This document shows positions 1 to 10,924 of a stretch of DNA of 64,000 nt, piece after piece (the first letter of the stretch is position 1; the number at the start of each line of letters is the position of its first letter). Position numbers and translations under genes: made by a program. The DNA is from Cladosporium halotolerans (lineage: Eukaryota): contig NW_027191481.1 of the NCBI RefSeq assembly GCF_011745625.1, positions 124,001-188,000 of the forward strand. The letters are read 5' to 3'. Below the pieces are notes generated by a model, which was not told the DNA's origin, did not search any database, and was given only the letters and a program-made list of their open reading frames with translations.

Positions 1-1
1 G

Positions 2-1480
2 AAGGTTCCCCGTGTGAACCTCGCTGAGGTTGCGGAGGAGTACAAGGACACCTCTAAGATGGACGAGGCTGGCGGTCCTCAGATCGTCTTCCGCGGCATT
101 GTGGAGAATGCGAGAGCGCAGGGTGCGAAGCTCACCTTCATCACCTTCAGGCAGGGTCTGGACACCATTCAGGCCGTCGTCGCAGAGAGCGAGACTCTGA
201 GCAGGCAGATGGTCAAGTTTGCTGGCAAGATCCCGGCCGAGAGCGTCGTCCTCGTCCACGGTCTGGTCAAGAAGCCCAAGGAGCTGGTTAAGAGCACCAC
301 AATCCAGCACCTCGAGCTGCACGTCAAGAAGCTGTTCGTCGTCGCTAAGGCGGACTCTCAGCTGCCCATGCAGGTCACCGACGCGGAGAGGCCTATTCCT
401 GGTGATGGCGAGGAAGAGAAGACCGAGGATGACGGAAGGCCTATTGTCACTCTCAACACCAGACTGAACAACCGTGTCATCGATCTACGCGGCAAGCACA
501 ACACTGCCATCTTCACCATCAAGGACGGTGTGATTGCCCTCTTCCAGGAGTTCCTTCGCAGCAAGAAGTTCGTCGGTGTCAACTCTCCCCGCCTTCTGGG
601 TGCCCCCTCCGAGGGCGGTGCCAGCGTTTTCGAAGTCAAGTACTTCAACACCAAGGCCTTCCTCGCACAGTCTCCTCAGCTTTACAAGCAGATGCTCATC
701 GCTTCCCGCTTCGAGCGCGTCATGGAGGTCGGCCCTATCTTCCGTGCCGAGAACAGCAACACTGCCCGTCACCTTACAGAATTCACCGGTCTCGATATGG
801 AGATGGCTTTCGAGGAGGACTACCACGAGGTTGTTGGTCTTCTCGAGGAGCTCATGCTGTACATCTTCAACGGCCTCAGGACCCGCTACGGCCGCGAGAC
901 CGACCTCGTCCGCAGCATCTACCAAGTCGAGGAGTTCAAGCTGCCCGAGGCTGGCAAGGTGCCTCGTCTGCCCTTCAGCGAGGGTGTGCAGATGCTCCGC
1001 GACGACGGCGTCGAGATCGGAGACTTCGACGACCTCAGCACCCCCGACGAGAAGCGTCTCGGCGCCCTCGTGCTCAAGAAGTACGGCACCGACTTCTACG
1101 TCCTCGACAAGTACCCTCTCGCCATCCGTCCCTTCTACACCATGCCCAGCGCCGAGACCCAGGCCGCTTACGACCCCAAGAACCCCAACGCCGGCACCTC
1201 CAACAGCTACGACTTCTTCATGCGCGGCCAGGAGATCATGTCCGGCGCCCAGCGTATCCACGACGCCGCTTTCCTCGAGAAGCGCATGCGGGAGTGCGTC
1301 ACTCCCGTCGACCCCAAGAGCGAGGGCCTCAGGGACTACGTCAACGCTTTCAGATACGGCTGCCCGCCTCACGCCGGTGGTGGTATTGGTCTGGAGCGCA
1401 TTGTCATGCTCTGGCTGGGTCTTCCTAATGTCAGGCTGGCTAGTCTGTTCCCCAGGGACCCTAGCAGGCTCTCTCCTTAA
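2..1480 (+). CDS. DPS1: Cytosolic aspartyl-tRNA synthetase, 5'-truncated by the window edge
   Basis: OB-fold region (LTFITFRQGLDTIQAVV), GAPSEGGASVF, LAQSPQLYKQM, motif 2 FRAENSNTARHLTEF and motif 3 PPHAGGGIGLER. The frame is open from position 2, so the GTG at 14 is not the real start. Confidence 0.97.
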   Translation, partial: KVPRVNLAEVAEEYKDTSKMDEAGGPQIVFRGIVENARAQGAKLTFITFRQGLDTIQAVVAESETLSRQMVKFAGKIPAESVVLVHGLVKKPKELVKSTTIQHLELHVKKLFVVAKADSQLPMQVTDAERPIPGDGEEEKTEDDGRPIVTLNTRLNNRVIDLRGKHNTAIFTIKDGVIALFQEFLRSKKFVGVNSPRLLGAPSEGGASVFEVKYFNTKAFLAQSPQLYKQMLIASRFERVMEVGPIFRAENSNTARHLTEFTGLDMEMAFEEDYHEVVGLLEELMLYIFNGLRTRYGRETDLVRSIYQVEEFKLPEAGKVPRLPFSEGVQMLRDDGVEIGDFDDLSTPDEKRLGALVLKKYGTDFYVLDKYPLAIRPFYTMPSAETQAAYDPKNPNAGTSNSYDFFMRGQEIMSGAQRIHDAAFLEKRMRECVTPVDPKSEGLRDYVNAFRYGCPPHAGGGIGLERIVMLWLGLPNVRLASLFPRDPSRLSP

Positions 1481-2662
1481 GCTCTGTAAGAGCTGTCATG
1501 GGTTTATGATGCAAATAGAGATGCCATAAAAGTGTTCGAATTTCCTGATCCATGCTTTCGAACCTGGTACCACGTAATGCTGATTGAACGTCATCTTCCT
1601 ATGCCACGCCGGCAGATCTTTCATTGCCATGCCTCCTCAACATCGCGGCATCGTATCGTCAACTCCTGGCTCTGATTTGGCAATGCCTTAACGCGACGTA
1701 AAAGGCTTTATGGTGCCCGGAGAAGCAACATTTGAAGTTGTACAGGGTTGCTGCAGGTACGTAATTCACATGTATATTCTTTCAACAAGAGCGTCTCAAG
1801 CTGGAATTACCTAAAGCTGATGAATTTGAGTCTACACGTAATCTTTGAAAGTTTGAAGGTCAATTGTTTCTGCTCTGCGTGATCCCCGAAAGTTTCATGG
1901 TCAGTGTTTCTGCTCTGCGGGACGATCACATGCAAATGCTTCGCGCTTGACTTGTGATGCACATGCAAACAAAAGCAACAAATACTCGTCCTCGTCCGCT
2001 TCACTCGCAGAGCTGATCTCTTCCCACTCACATTAACCTCGACTGCTCTCTGCTCTCTTCAACTTTCCGTCCCCCATTCTCGGTACTGGGCTTCGATTCA
2101 GCCATGGTAATCAGTATCGTGACTCGATATCATACGCTTCTACGCCTTTCGAAAACCCAACAAAAAAGTGTACACATGGTCGGCATCCAGTCGCCAAGCC
2201 AAAGCCATTGCCATTTCCTGGGAAAGCGCGAGACTCACGCGTTGGTGACGCGCGGACGACGCGACGCCTTGGCCCCGGTGGGTGTGCTTCATACAGATCT
2301 TGGGCGTCTTCCAGCGCGCAACAGCCTCCGCTCCGACGAAAAGATCGTGCAACCATTCCTCTACACAAGCCACGCGCTGCATCAGTGCCATCGCCGTATC
2401 TATCATTCGCACTGGTACGCCTATCCTATCGCTTCCACACCTTGTACGTACGCATCTGACGGGTGAAGATAGGAGACGCGTCACCTTGGCATATCGCCTC
2501 GGAAAAGACCGCGCACCGGTGAATGCCATCGCTCTGAACAGTTGCCGCACTGGTAGGCCTACTCCCACATCTGATATGTACGCGTCTGACGAGCGAGCAT
2601 TGTAGACGCTCCAGGCACATCGCGTCGCACACGTACGTGCACCGCCTCACGATCATTTCATC

Positions 2663-4420
2663 ATGGCCCCCGAACGCAAATACGGCCAGCTCCAAGGACA
2701 GCAACAGCTGCAATTGGCAGTACCCGGAAACGCATACTACAACAAGTTCAGGGGTTCAGACCGGATTGAGGCGATGAACAACGATTACGCCTTCGAAGTC
2801 AGGTCGTTGGCTGAGACGACAGACGAACTCAACGAACTCGACAAAGAGGAGCGTGGAATGAAAGAAGCGCTCTATGCGCGGGTCCTTGCGCTGCGCTCAA
2901 CGCTGGAATCCGCAAAAGAGAAGCTGAGCCGCGAGAAAGAACCAGTCGAACATCTGAAGAGGTTGCTCGCAGATCTGACGGGAGACAAGGAATGCGATAC
3001 AGCGCCGGGTCTGCGGAGCAGGACAAGCGAGTCTGTGTGCTCTCTGACAAAAGAGCGGGCAATGATGCAACGGTCCTACGATGATGCCATCGCTAATAAA
3101 GAAGAGGAGCTTCAAATGCAGCTTGCCGAGAGAGACAGCAAACATCGGAAGCAGATGGACCAACGCGACGAAGAACACAGATCGAGCCTGGAGGTCGCTA
3201 TTTCTCAGCGGGAACAAGCCCTTGAAAGAGCACAACGGCTGTCCGAGTCCAGGGTCACGAATCAACGCATCATCGAGAACCTTGAAGCACAGGTCAAGAG
3301 TCTTCAGCAAGAAGAAGAGGGATCGAAAGAGCAACAGAGAAGGGATCGGAAGCAAATTGAAGACTTGGAGAAGGGTTCCAATTCCATGAAGGACTCGTTC
3401 GCGAACGAGAAGCATCAAGCACTGACTGCGCAACGTGCGCGATCGGACGAGAACAAAGACAAGGCTCTGCACGAACTCCGTGCAACGCTCGAGCGGCATG
3501 CGCCGAGAGAGAAGGATCGCGCTCTGTCCAAACTCCAAAACGACTTGTCCGAAAAGCACAGTTCAGCGCTTGAGGAGCTTCGCGTGGAAGTTCTAGCGAC
3601 TGCGACGAAGCAAAAAGACAAGGCGTTGCTGAGACAGAAAGACGCCTCGGATAAGGACATGGCAGAAGAGATGAAAGTTTTGCGTTCACAGTTGAAGGAC
3701 GAGTACAAAGCTCAGCAGGACAAAGCATTGTCCAAACAGCAACAGCAGATCGAAAAGCTCGCTGCGACCACGAAGAAGCGTGAAATGCAAGAGTTGGAGG
3801 CAAAGCTTCACAGAGACGCAAAGGTTCATCTCGAAACGATTTTGTCTACGCATCGTGGGCAAGCCGATGCACGGCTTCAGGAGATGGACTCGCGCCTTCG
3901 CAATGTGACCAAGGCACAAATAGACGAGATCGAAAAGTACAGGTCTAAGCTGGAGGACGTGACTTCCGAGCATACGCAAAAGCTGATGGATGTCAAACGC
4001 AAACACGCAGCTTCACTGGACAAACTGGCCGTCGAGAAGGCAACACTTCTTCGAAGCAACGAGCGAAAGCAAGCAGAACTCGACACTGCGGTCAATGCGA
4101 TGCGTTCTCTCCAGGTCTCCCAGAAATCTTTGACAGAAGAATATAAGGCATCGTCAGATACTCATCGAGTCCGAATCAAGGAACTGGACGAAAGTCTGGA
4201 GGCAGAACGCGAGAAAACGGCGTCCTTGCAGGCTGAGTACAAGTCTGCCCGGAAGGCTCGACGCGAGAAGGAGGAGCAAGTATACAAGTCAGTTGAGCAA
4301 TCGCTTGACGAGCTCAGACAGCTACTGTCGCAGGCCGGACGTGATGTCATGAGCCTCAGAGCCGAAAACAATCGACTTCAAGCCTCGTTGAATGCTGGGA
4401 AGTCACACGAGGCGGCATGA
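2663..4420 (+). CDS. Long coiled-coil protein of unknown function (585 aa); upstream exons possible
   Basis: Long E/K/Q/L/A-rich ORF almost lacking Pro after the N-terminus. Intron-like segments with CTGAC...AG at about 2415-2472 and 2553-2605 hint at a more upstream start that I could not resolve. Confidence 0.75.
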   Translation: MAPERKYGQLQGQQQLQLAVPGNAYYNKFRGSDRIEAMNNDYAFEVRSLAETTDELNELDKEERGMKEALYARVLALRSTLESAKEKLSREKEPVEHLKRLLADLTGDKECDTAPGLRSRTSESVCSLTKERAMMQRSYDDAIANKEEELQMQLAERDSKHRKQMDQRDEEHRSSLEVAISQREQALERAQRLSESRVTNQRIIENLEAQVKSLQQEEEGSKEQQRRDRKQIEDLEKGSNSMKDSFANEKHQALTAQRARSDENKDKALHELRATLERHAPREKDRALSKLQNDLSEKHSSALEELRVEVLATATKQKDKALLRQKDASDKDMAEEMKVLRSQLKDEYKAQQDKALSKQQQQIEKLAATTKKREMQELEAKLHRDAKVHLETILSTHRGQADARLQEMDSRLRNVTKAQIDEIEKYRSKLEDVTSEHTQKLMDVKRKHAASLDKLAVEKATLLRSNERKQAELDTAVNAMRSLQVSQKSLTEEYKASSDTHRVRIKELDESLEAEREKTASLQAEYKSARKARREKEEQVYKSVEQSLDELRQLLSQAGRDVMSLRAENNRLQASLNAGKSHEAA

Positions 4421-7400
4421 CATCCGGGTTGATGGCTCGACCACGACAGGCTTTGCTGATATGATAGCTTTTACGATGGGTGACGAAATCGGATATTCGG
4501 ACGTCAAACATTATTTTCGCTGATGCACAACAACGGGAGAGATATGGCTGGAACAGTACCATGTGCGCAATTAATAGTAGGTAGCTAATAACGCCATCCC
4601 GTGTCGTGAAAGTCTTCCTTTTCAACTATGAAACTCCTGGCTGCAAACAAAGCACACATCTCCTCTGCGCCCATTCAATTCGTCCAATTATGAGCAAAAT
4701 TTTCGAGGAGGCATGACCAGAATGTACGTATACACCGCAACTCATTGTGCGCGAGGCATATATGAAAATCGACGGGCGAACCATGAGCACGCACAACTGA
4801 TCGTCATCCCTGGCTGAGATATTCTTGTGTCAGCCAAACAAGGTTTCTAGACCTATCGTGCAGAATGTGGTTTATTGTTCAAGAAACAAGTACATCTGAT
4901 TCAAGCTTCAGCATTTTTCTGGGAATCAGTAGCGTTGTTCACGCGCGAGGCCCGTCGTATCTTAGCGGCGGGTGTGCTGCTTACAAGATTTGGGTAGCTT
5001 GCTGCAGCCCCGCAGCACGCTCCCCGCGCTCAAGGTGTGCAACTGCGCTTCATTCGGTCAAGACGTTCGTTCTTTCCGCTGGTTTTGTCTACGAGTATGA
5101 CGAAATTTGAGCCCAGTGGAATGAAAAGGAAAGTAGGACCGAAGGGATGAAGCGCTTGCGTGACTCTCTAGGAGTGTTGAAATCGGCATCGAAGAAGTTT
5201 GCCCAATCACGCGGAGCAGGAAGAAAGCTCATGGCAACCGGGGAGCAGCTTGACTCGAGACGCATTGCGGAGATTTTGCTAAAACTATTACAATAGTCTA
5301 TCTGAAGCGAACGATTGAGACTCTCGAGAATCTTGATGGTGGCACCTTGACCCACTTTGAGACCATGAAGATGCGTCCTAAACGCCCGAGCTCTTGGTAT
5401 CTCCGATATCCTAGGATTAAATGCTGTACTACCATCACCTACGGATTATAGAACAATGGACCTTCCATGGAGAGCATACGATCCAGCGAGCTACAGATTG
5501 GGTGAAGAGTCTGCATCTTGTATCCTCACGAAAACGATATGTGTGACCGTGCCAGCATGGCATCTAGCTGTCGAGGAAGTAGCCTATTTGCAGTTGTGAA
5601 TGGCCGCTCATGAATGCAGTTGACCTCTTCGTGAGCAGCAACGCGTAAGGGTGAAACGTCTGACGAGAGCGAGAACGCGAAGTTCGGAAACAGTCTTTGT
5701 TTGGAACTCGATGGGATACCTTGGTCTTTGGAAGTCGACAGGGAGAGGGGTTTCCTGCCAGGCCAGAACATGCTGTTGTCGCGCGTACTCAAGGATTTGT
5801 CTCAGACAGGCCTTGAGTGATTCTCGTGTGCAAGAAATATCCCCTTTTTAAGAGTCTTCACAGTCTCACGAAGACGCTGAAAACTGACACACGAGCGTCG
5901 CAGTTCACAAGGGTGATGGTGTCAGTAGCAGCAGCGCGTAGGAAATGAAGCGCTTCCGCACGCTGCTTCAAAGCATCATCAGCAGTTGGACTGCTCCATC
6001 GGAAGCATACAGCCAAAGGGGCTGAAACGATCTGCATCATGCCTGCGCGTATAGCGACACGCCGCTGCATGTATTGGAAACGAATGCAGTACTGCCTCTC
6101 CTTCAAGGCTGCAGAAGAACGCATGGCAGATTTACCGCGCTAGCCCGCCGAGGCCGCTCAGCGAATTGTAGGGCGCAACATGCTGACTACAATATTGACT
6201 AGTGAAAGAGACCGTCGCATCGCAGCGCAAGTGGGTCGCACGTGGACTAGACCATATACAGTAGGATGGGTGCCCCTTGTGGACCTCTGGGTTCATGGAA
6301 ACTACTGCCCGCAACGGCGTCGAAACTGATCCCCAGTCGTCCACATGGGGGAAACACCCATGGGCAAACCAAATGGGACTCGGCGTTAGGGCACATGTTG
6401 AGGACAGGGCCCACGCAGAGAAGGTCAGCCGGAGGTACTGTCCATGTGAGAAGAGAAGAAGTGAGATACAACAATATGCGTAGGGCGTACCAACAGGACA
6501 AGCGAAAGGCTAAGCCTTCTGGAAGTGAACGCCACAAGCAGAAAGATCTCCCGCGGCCGCAAATTTTTCAGCGGCCGGGAGATGCAAGGGCTCGTGGCAA
6601 CGGAACGCTCGGTACGCAGACGCCAAGCGCTGAGGTTACCTGCACGTCGGGCAACGCCGACGAGAACCTGCCACTTGCTTGACGGTAGACCACATGTGGA
6701 GGACGCCGGGGGCGGACCAACAACTCCATGGGTGACCCGAAGGTTCATTGGTAATTTCACTTATGAGCTTTGTGGGTCTCCGAGCAGAACTAAAGAGATA
6801 ACATACCGTCCCAGCCAGCATGCTGCGAGGCGTGTAGCAGCAGCAGAACCGAACGCTGAACTCATCATGCGCGAAGAGCTCCCAAGACTCGCGAACGCAA
6901 GGCCTCCAAGCTCAAGGCTGCGCCTTCGCAGCACAAGCACAGTTGGCGCGGATCTTGTCCTCAGCCGCCGCGGCGCTGGCAATTGACGGCTTGACATCAT
7001 CCCGCTTCATCAGCCGCGAAACGTTTGACCGTTGATCTCTCCGGGGGGCCGTGCGATCCGCCGATTGTATGCGCAGCAAGAAGCGGCGAGACTAGCACGA
7101 CGCGATGGTGGTCCTCTGGCCGCTTGAGCGTATGACACTCGTCCTCGGCGCCCTGGATCTCGGTAGCGGCGGGTCCTGAGACGCTCTCGCGAATCAACGT
7201 TGGTCTTCGCTCGCGCGAAGATTGGCCCACGCGAGCAATGACATCTCCCAACAGGTTGAGAGAACCCTCGGGGTCTCTGCCTGTCTACTGGCAGTATATG
7301 ACCCCGCCTGCGTATCGCCTGAAGGCTAAAGATCTTCTTGTCACCTTCCCTCCTTTACCAAAATTTCCTGGGTGTACTACTCTCTGGCCGGCATCTCTTA

Positions 7401-7785
7401 TCTAGCAACAAGGAAAGGAAACAGTGTCTACGCACTACCCCCACCTGAGCCACCGATCTGCGTCCTTAATTGTGACCTCAAGGTTTCGCATTGCGAAGTG
7501 AGCCGACTGGACCGACCACAGCACCATCCGCCCAAGCACTCTCGAAACTGGACCAAGACGACTTTCCCCTCCCACAGCGCCAAACCCTCACGCGACCTCC
7601 GTGCAACCAGCATCAGCCCTAGCAACTGTACTGTTGGACCATAGCGACATCAACCATTGCGCCAAAGCCCGGAATACCCACCCTCGATTGCCCGGATCCC
7701 TCCCAAGCAGCACCTCAGCACGCGACCATATCCGACTGGACTAAGCCCTTGCGACAACCAGATCCCCTCGCGAACCAAAGCAACA

Positions 7786-9604
7786 ATGCCTCGCCTCCTC
7801 TTCACTAACCCTTTCGCGAAACACGATGTGTCCGAGTTCCCTGACGTTGTTATACCTTTGGCCCAAGCGCAGCGACACAACTCTATTACCTCGAAGGAGA
7901 AGCCGGACGATGCATCCAGAGGTTCTAGCGATGTCCACGGCGGCTCCGCTCTGACCGTGGAAGCTCTGAGGGCTGAAATCGATACAGACCTTGCAGCGGG
8001 AGGACACGATACCGCATATGACCGTGAGTCGCTACGATAGTTGCGGTGGCTTTCGCTGCGAGCTTTGAAAAAGTGAAATTCTCACACAATTGCAGGCAAG
8101 AGCAAGGTCATCAACAAAGCGCTTACCGACATTGGAATGGGCAAATACCAGTGGTGCCTGTTTGCCCTCTGCGGTTTCGGTTGGTTTGCCGACAAGTAGG
8201 TTCTCCGCCAAACGCACCCATTCATCCTCTCGCTAATACCGTTTAATAGCCTCTGGCTTCAGGGTGTTGCTCTTACACTTCCTTCGCTCTCCAACGAATT
8301 TGGTGTGGATTCTAACACAGTGCGATACACCACCCTCGCTCTATTCCTCGGTCTTTGCATCGGTGCTTCTTTCTGGGGTGTCATGTCCGATGTCGTTGGT
8401 CGTCGACTTGCTTTCAACTGCACCCTTGGCATTGCTGGTGTCTTCGGTATTGCAGCTGGTGCTGCTCCCAACTGGATTGGAGCCTGCGCCCTCTTTGCAT
8501 GCGTTGGTCTTGGAGTTGGTGGCAATCTCCCCGTCGATGGTGCATTGTTCCTTGAATTCCTCCCCACTGCGAACGGCGGCCTTCTGACCCTTCTCTCGGT
8601 CTGGTGGCCTGTCGGTCAGCTAGTCTCGTCGCTGGGTAAGCTCAAGCCGCTTCCAAGCATCTCTTCAGGTTTGCTGACATCGTATAGTTGCTTGGCCATT
8701 CATCGTGGACTACCCGGACAACGAGGGCTGGCGCTACTTCATCTACACCATTGGTGCACTCACCTTCTTCATGTTCGCTTGCCGTTTCTGCTTGTTCCAC
8801 CTCTTCGAGTCGCCCAAGTTCCTCCTCTCACGTGGCAGGCAATCTGAGGCCGTTGCTGTCGTTCACGGCATTGCGTACCACAACGGCGTGAAGACCTGGC
8901 TTACCGAGGACATCCTCAACCAGATCGGCGGAGACCCCGAGGTCGGCGGCGACAAGCTTGCAACCACGGACATCATCAGGCGCAACCTGAACAAGTTCTC
9001 CGGCGAGCGCATTCGTCCACTTTTCGCCAACTGGAAGCTTGGTCTCACCACCGTCCTCCTCTGGTTCATCTGGACCTGCATCGGCATGGGCTACCCGCTT
9101 TTCAACGCTTTCCTGCCCCAGTACCTCGGCAGCGGTGACACCACACCTTACATCACCTACCGCAACTACGCCATCACATCCGTTGTCGGTGTTCCCGGCT
9201 CCATCCTCGCCTGCTACACCGTCGACATCAAGTACGTCGGCCGCAAGGGTACCATGGCCATCGCCACCGTCATCTCCGGCGTCTTCCTCTACGTTTTCAC
9301 CATCTCCTCCGACCCCGACTTCCAGCTCACTTTCTCCTCCCTCGAGGCTTTCTTCCAGAACATCATGTACGGTGTCCTCTACGCCTACACTCCGGAAGTT
9401 TTCCCGGCACCCAACCGCGGCACTGGCACTGGTATTTCCAGCTTCCTTAACCGTGTCGCGGGCCTGTGCGCGCCTATCGTCGCCGTCAACGCCGGCTCGG
9501 CCAACCCGGCCGCGCCCATCTACGCCTCTGGTGGCCTGTTCTTCGCCGCCTTCCTGGGCATGCTGGCTCTTCCTATTGAGACCAGGGGCAAGCAGAGCTT
9601 GTAA
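7786..9604 (+). CDS. MFS transporter (SV2/sugar-porter-like), 4 exons
   Basis: Exons 7786-8023, 8096-8195, 8250-8635 and 8688-9604 with GT..AG introns. Motifs SDVVGRR, GGNLPVDGALFLEFLP, FESPKFL, YTPEVFPAPNRGTG and LPIETRG. Confidence 0.92.
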
Positions 9605-9979
9605 GCGATTCGTGGAGGAGAGAAAGAGTCGGATTTGTCGTTAGATGTTAAAGCGACGCATGTATACCACGATCGAGGACTCGCAGAGGCAATAGTCTCG
9701 AGGCCCTCAGATCCCAGATACCCAAAAAGTCAAAGTTTTGTTACATCGCGCGCTTTTTATTTCACACCCTGAGCCCTGTTCGCGATCGCTCCATTCGTTT
9801 AGGGACACCCGCATGCTATCAAAGACCTTCCTGTGTCTGGATGTGCCCACCCTCTAGGCCTGAGAAAGGCTGGGACACATTGATGCAGGCGGCCCTGAAG
9901 TGGATGCGATGGCTGATCGCTCGCACCGATCAAGACGCGAAACACGCCGTAGGAGAGTACAAGCTTCCCAAGAGATTTA

Positions 9980-10600
9980 AACGAAATCGACGTGCTACCC
10001 TCACCTACATACCATCTCGACTTGGCTTACAACGACGTGTGGCTTCACAGCCTCTATTCTCGACGTATCCTATTCTTCGAAAACCCACCCGAGCCATCTC
10101 ACGAGAAAGCCATCGGCGTCTTAGAAGCGGCCCTGTAATCTCTCGTCGACGGCACACCAGAACTCGGCCGACAAGTCGTCGTGATGCCTGCGGTGGATGG
10201 GGACAAGGTGCCCTGGAGGGGCATTCGTCCGTCAAGGGGACAGAATTTGTTGTCAGAGACCTTGTGCCAAAGTTCCCGAGCTATAAGGAGCTTGGAGGGA
10301 AAGTATTCCCCATCGGCGAGTTCAAAAATGATTTGCTGGCACCTGTGCCTCTGGGCGCGGGCGACTTTGATCGAGGGTGGTCTGCTGCTCACCGTTTGTC
10401 TGTACCACCAGTTGGCCGATGAACATTATATGAATGCTGTCATGGCTGCGCTTGGCGAGCAGTGTAGGCTGGCTGAGACGAGTGAATCATTGTCGCCGAG
10501 GAAGATGAACACCGACCGAAAGGTCCTGCTGCGACTTGATGGGATCGAAATCGAATATGAAGCACCATTCTGGTTACGGACGTAAGGAGCGCGCGATGTA
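9980..10600 (+). pseudogene. Decayed BAHD/Tri101-like acyl-CoA acyltransferase, N-terminal half only
   Basis: Stitched translation LAYNDVWLHSLYSRRILFFENPPEPSHEKAIGVLEAAL*SLVDGTPELGRQV...VVRDLVPKFPSYKELGGKVFPIGEFKNDLLAP...ARATLIEGGLLLTVCLYHQLAD...MNTDRKVL. It has the HxxxD motif, an in-frame TAA at 10136, frameshifts near 10235 and 10350, a stop at 10583 and no DFGWG. Confidence 0.75.
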
Positions 10601-10924
10601 AGCTTGGGTCTACCTGGGGAGGAGTATGAGTTGGTCAAAGAGGATCAGGTTTGGAGGGAAAGCACGAAAGAGCTGAGCAAGTGAATGCAGTGCAACATCT
10701 GTCAAGGATTGGTTATATTGAAGTGAAGTCGAGTGCAGGCTGTCCCCATTCGTTGACTGCTGCCTGGCGCGCCTTGCGTTCCTTCCTTGTCTGTGAAATA
10801 AAGCCGGGCCCACACCATCCATCCAACACCACAACACCTCCTATCCAACACTCACCCAACGACGACGCACCAACTCCCGAGCTTCATCCTCCCAGTTCAG
10901 AAACGCTCTACCCTGCCAATTCTA

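Noticed and set aside
485..1529. Long alternative-frame and antisense ORFs over AspRS, and similar ones over the MFS, Sec24, SET and Pro-rich genes
   Set aside because: Shadow ORFs expected from high GC3 codon bias or repeats, with no independent motifs.
1865..1919. 15-bp direct repeat TGTTTCTGCTCTGCG at 1865 and 1905
   Set aside because: Only two copies and no associated element. Most likely a small local duplication with no function supportable from the sequence.
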